This document shows positions 61,301 through 64,000 of a DNA stretch of 64,000 nucleotides, piece after piece. Numbering within the stretch: position 1 is the stretch's first letter; each line of letters opens with the position of its first letter. The stretch is from Myxococcota bacterium. Lineage in GTDB: Bacteria > Myxococcota_A > Bradymonadia > UBA7976 > UBA1532. The stretch is taken from NCBI GenBank assembly GCA_036337435.1, contig JAYZEG010000001.1:64001-128000 (forward strand), written 5' to 3'. A model generated the notes under the pieces. It had not been told where the DNA came from and searched no databases. It worked only from the letters and a program-made list of their open reading frames with translations. Made by a program: the position numbers and the translations under genes.

Positions 61301-63289
61301 GCAATTGCCTCCGCTCTCCGGATTGCCCTCATCAGATGTGCCATCACAATCATTATCTAGGCCATCGCAGAGCTCAATGGTCGGGGGCCCCGGAATACCC
61401 TGACATTCGACGTCAAGCCCGTCAGCAGCACAAACCATTTGACCGGCAACCTCACACGTCCCAACACCCACAGTGCAAGGTTGTCTCAGGTTGAAGGTCT
61501 CATCGACCCGTCCATCGCAGTCATTATCCACATCGTCACAACGCTCAGCGCCAGGCGAACCCGCCGTCGCTGAGCAAACAAGGCCACCGCCATTGGAGCA
61601 AACGCGCTGACCGACACGTCGGCAGGCACCGATCCCAGCCGAGCAATCCTCACCCACGCCTGGTACTTCGTCGATGATGCCATCGCAATCATCGTCATCG
61701 TTATTGCAAAATTCATCGATAGGCTCAGACGAACGTACGCATTGAAGAGCACCGTCAGCACAGGTGAGCGAACCAATGAGACACCGTCCAAGCTCACCGG
61801 TCTCACAGGCCGCTCCAGCCCCGGGATTGCCCTCGTCGGTCCGACCATCACAATCATCATCTTGGTTGTTGCAAACCTCAGCATTGGGCTGACCCGCTGT
61901 AGCAGAACAAACGACGCCCACCCCGATTTCACAGATCTGAGTGCCGTTGGTCTGGCACAAGCCAACACCAGCACTACACGGCTCACCAACGCCGGGCACT
62001 TCATCAATTCTCTGGTCACAATCATCATCGACGCCATTACAGACTTCAGCAATACCATTGGCCTGCGGCACACAAATGAGCCCGCCCTGGACACACGTCA
62101 CGATGCCAGGGCCACACCGTCCAGGATTGCCCGAATCGCAATCGGCACCGCCGTCCGGGTTACCTTCATCAACAACACCATCACAGTCATCATCCAGGGC
62201 ATTACAGCTTTCGGCCTCGAGAGGCTCTCCTTCTTGAACGCTACAGACCACCTCGCCTGTTCCGTCAGGATTGCATCGATTTTCACCGTCACGCTGACAA
62301 ATGCCGCGGCCGACAGAACACACATCGCCTAAGCCAAGCTCTTCATCAACCACACCGTCGCAATCGTCATCCAGCTCATTACAGGTCTCAGCGCCCGGCA
62401 TCCCAGCTTGGGCATTACAACCAGCTGTGCCATCGGCATTACAGATGATGGCACCGGCCGCTTGACAAACACCTTGGCCAACGGTGCACATGCCGTCCAA
62501 GTTAAAGCCTTCATCTTGTAGACCGTCGCAATCGTTGTCCAAGCCGTCACAAATTTCATCAGCTGCGTCGCCGGGCTCTCCGACACACGTGGTCTCCATT
62601 TCATTCGCCGCACATACGGTCTCACCGCCGACGCGACAAATCCCTTGGCCAACTTGGCAGGCAGCATCGAGATCAAAGGTCTCATCGATACGCTCATCAC
62701 AATCATTATCGACCGAATCGCAGCGCTCAACGTTTCCTGGAAAGTTGATGGCGTTGCCGTCATCGCAGTCATCGCAAACGCCAACACCGTCGCCGTCTTC
62801 ATCGATATTGCAATCGATTTCCGGACGGCAGTAGGGCATGCCGTATTCGGGGTCTGCCTCGTCTAAATTGCAGTACACTCGGCCGTCTCGATCGAATCCA
62901 CGGTCATCGGTATACTTGCAGGTTCCACCCAGAGTAAAAACCTCATCGGTAAGGCCATCACAGTCATTGTCTTTCTCGTCGCAGAGCTCGTCGATCGGGT
63001 CAACCGACCCCATACAAGGCCCATTCCACAGACCATTTTCACTACAAACCTGCAAGCCTTCGAGGCACTCACCGACGGCCGTACCACATGAACGGGTCTC
63101 TCCTGCTTCGCATTCACGGATGACCATCGCACCATCGAGACGGAGGGTATCGGTCATCGCTGCCATGTCGGTGATTTGTCGAACGAACATGTCGCGCTGC
63201 GGTACAGTCGTGCCAACGGGGTCTTCGCAACCGCCAAAAACAATGAGCCCTAGTAGTCCGAGAGTTGATAACCCTCTACGCGTTGTCAT
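58313..63289 (-). CDS. Giant surface lipoprotein: 16 Cys/Asp repeats + DUF1565-like + beta-helix + choice-of-anchor-Q-like tail
   Basis: GGGGAG RBS; MTTRRG...VFGG-C lipobox; 16 ExC[DN]xxD[ND]DCDxxxD[EN] units; FYVD...GDGTEGNPWRT; Asn-ladder beta-helix; LRPGSPAIDAG...DQGAIE. Confidence 0.9.
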   Translation of the reverse strand: MTTRRGLSTLGLLGLIVFGGCEDPVGTTVPQRDMFVRQITDMAAMTDTLRLDGAMVIRECEAGETRSCGTAVGECLEGLQVCSENGLWNGPCMGSVDPIDELCDEKDNDCDGLTDEVFTLGGTCKYTDDRGFDRDGRVYCNLDEADPEYGMPYCRPEIDCNIDEDGDGVGVCDDCDDGNAINFPGNVERCDSVDNDCDERIDETFDLDAACQVGQGICRVGGETVCAANEMETTCVGEPGDAADEICDGLDNDCDGLQDEGFNLDGMCTVGQGVCQAAGAIICNADGTAGCNAQAGMPGAETCNELDDDCDGVVDEELGLGDVCSVGRGICQRDGENRCNPDGTGEVVCSVQEGEPLEAESCNALDDDCDGVVDEGNPDGGADCDSGNPGRCGPGIVTCVQGGLICVPQANGIAEVCNGVDDDCDQRIDEVPGVGEPCSAGVGLCQTNGTQICEIGVGVVCSATAGQPNAEVCNNQDDDCDGRTDEGNPGAGAACETGELGRCLIGSLTCADGALQCVRSSEPIDEFCNNDDDDCDGIIDEVPGVGEDCSAGIGACRRVGQRVCSNGGGLVCSATAGSPGAERCDDVDNDCDGRVDETFNLRQPCTVGVGTCEVAGQMVCAADGLDVECQGIPGPPTIELCDGLDNDCDGTSDEGNPESGGNCNTEFDGLCQAGIRNCRNAVLVCDRVNEPAVELCDGLDNDCDGRVDETFPLGNPCTEGVGACSEDGQLVCNDAQDGTQCSVTAGVPQNEFCDAIDNDCDGRTDEGYGVGDDCSVGEGRCRQNGRTVCLEDGTAGCDAVPGEPREEVCNAVPPVDDNFSRYDDDCDGLIDEGNPGGGAVELIPGAQGVCNIGIRTCVDGELVLVPRFTPGELQEVCDSIDNDCDGQEDEGNPGAGQVCEMGLPGTCNAGTTRCNGQISCFQNTPSSPETCDELDNDCDGTADEGFGLGDPCDGDDADQCTNGTVACDLETGGTVCIGDAVVEETCNDRDDDCDGIVDNGFDKLNDVTNCGSCGTDCRDPDPFNPGQELPNASCISGTCFQTFYVDDRNGSNSTGDGTEGNPWRTMSHALDGRIDSTQYAARIYVKPGRYSSDQWVDLQQCDGDGDGDPSNDSCATHTIACETNGDPRTIERCAECVCSPELQCAGGLCSMPESEREDLPIRMQDKVQLVGDGSIDHVVIDGGMLACFLTELHPDCDILRKPDGGQLVRAENMDDQPMMARGRTCYTLDDVRCMQPGDPNYLFLSRQPRWGAHGSRNLLSNMTLLRGSNTRNRIGTEEPTLFVTTLNNGVFEAPRQTNLRISNLKIVKSRADTEYPVAVFGNSNILLEDTLVESCEGRGPRGLVLATTQRNGGAISSTVIDRVTFQNNDVGDAPGSVRALVHTSTQLTLQNTVFSNNTGGGLYLQANGKALVNYNSFSRNSYYHIYVHQNVNKSVIIANNLFAKETNDTYLFVHSQAEQDTFIYNNIFDDDDPLVRTDRSGYGTAERLNGRSFASDNVQINLNLVNAESNNLALRPGSPAIDAGQLTPVPDPRPVTLSAAQCVDNADCQCVGNDCICINDDGCTTANARDSKWNLNADICNQDGLCEVDTVTDTDNDGAPDWIELILLGDEHFITETPDTIVYDTPYSVHPAYDLNSFLRPEGAASDQGAIEWAPPGD
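60293..62989 (-). repeat. Array of 16 intragenic Cys/Asp repeats (mostly about 55 aa)
   Basis: Counted from the translation, ELCDEKDNDCDGLTDE to ETCNDRDDDCDGIVDN, mostly separated by four-Cys spacers. Confidence 0.9.
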
Positions 63290-63460
63290 ACATCGCTCCC
63301 CTGTAACAGACTGTTGTCCATCGGATTGACGACTTTCAATCAAGATGTCCAACTGCCTACTGCGGTTTACCACAAGGTACCAGTCCACTGCTAGCGTACC
63401 TACACGTCCGCCGGCGAATTGTACATCGAGAATCAGGCAGCCCTAAAAAAGATAGGGAAT

Positions 63461-63862
63461 TCACCTCAATAATTTTTGTATCCTAGAGAGGAGTTTTCGA
63501 GGAGAGATCGGTTTCACTAGATAGTCGGTAATGCCAATTTGGAGTGCTCGATCGATGTCCATAGGGGAATTGGATCCCGTGAGAACAACAACCGGAATAC
63601 TGGCTGACGTCTCGTATTTTTTCAGGAGTTCGAGGAGTTGAAAACCGTCCATCCGCGGCATGCGCAAGTCGAGAATAATCAAGTCAGGTCTGGCTTTCTT
63701 CAGAAGCTTGACCGCACCAACGCCGTGCTTGGCCAATGCCGCCCGATAGCCAGCTCGCTGAACAACTTCACCGACCAAGCGCAGTGTTTTCGCGTCGTCC
63801 TCCGCAATCAGGATTAGCGGAGACTGAGCTGGTGTTTTTCCATCTGTTCCGGGCTCGCTCAT
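63461..63862 (-). CDS. Single-domain response regulator
   Basis: ILIAEDD, PDLIILDLRMPRMDG (Asp intact), VLTG, DYLVKP. Confidence 0.94.
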   Translation of the reverse strand: MSEPGTDGKTPAQSPLILIAEDDAKTLRLVGEVVQRAGYRAALAKHGVGAVKLLKKARPDLIILDLRMPRMDGFQLLELLKKYETSASIPVVVLTGSNSPMDIDRALQIGITDYLVKPISPRKLLSRIQKLLR

Positions 63863-63999
63863 AAATCAGCACCTGCCCGATGTCGAACGATGTCCATGAG
63901 GTCATGTGCCAAGCTAAAATGAGGCATCGATAAAGCGAGCTTTTCGAGGACGGGCTTCGCTTCCTTGTATTTGCCCAGTTCAATTCGGACTCTCGCCAA
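63859..63999 (-). CDS. C-terminus of a TPR-like protein (5'-truncated by window)
   Basis: Hand-translated open frame LARVRIELGKYKEAKPVLEKLALSMPHFSLAHDLMDIVRHRAGADL*; its TGA overlaps the response regulator ATG (ATGA). Confidence 0.7.
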   Translation of the reverse strand: MARVRIELGKYKEAKPVLEKLALSMPHFSLAHDLMDIVRHRAGADL

Positions 64000-64000
64000 G

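Noticed and set aside
60293..62989. Regularly spaced DNA repeats suggesting a CRISPR array or DGR
   Set aside because: The repeats are degenerate at synonymous positions and lie in frame within one ORF; no cas or reverse transcriptase gene is in the window.
55345..63329. Many 60-250 aa alternative-frame and antisense ORFs over the repeat proteins
   Set aside because: Explained by the biased Cys/Asp/Gly codon content of the real genes.

Overview
Gene-dense bacterial chromosomal window with about 52 CDSs and moderate GC. I saw no rRNA, tRNA, CRISPR array or mobile element. Cys/Asp-rich lipoproteins, DUF4388-type signalling proteins, an FHA-sigma54 activator and a pseudokinase point to a Myxococcota/Bradymonadia-like deltaproteobacterium (inference). 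Housekeeping genes: def-fmt-rsmB-rpe, a type IIA topoisomerase pair in A-then-B order (topo IV-like), priA, yciO-like, yhbY, mrp/apbC, queF, moeA, pdp, nadE and tatD. Accessory highlights: (1) a coupled pair of a DUF2156/MprF-type tRNA-dependent aminoacyltransferase with inverted architecture and an alpha/beta esterase, a candidate new lipid aminoacylation/deacylation system; (2) an envelope cluster with a eukaryote-type UDP-galactopyranose-mutase-like flavoprotein, GT2, deacetylase, MltD, an atypical sulfatase-fold protein, two FadL-like barrels and a duplicated lipoprotein; (3) two catalytically degenerate DUF4388-type signalling proteins; (4) a 1042-aa coiled-coil protein with four TIALDxxDID repeats; (5) a HEAT-SpoU methyltransferase fusion; (6) a stand-alone sigma-region-4-like mini-protein; (7) a structured leader upstream of mrp; (8) giant Cys/Asp-repeat surface lipoproteins. 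All family calls come from motif recognition by eye, with no database searches.
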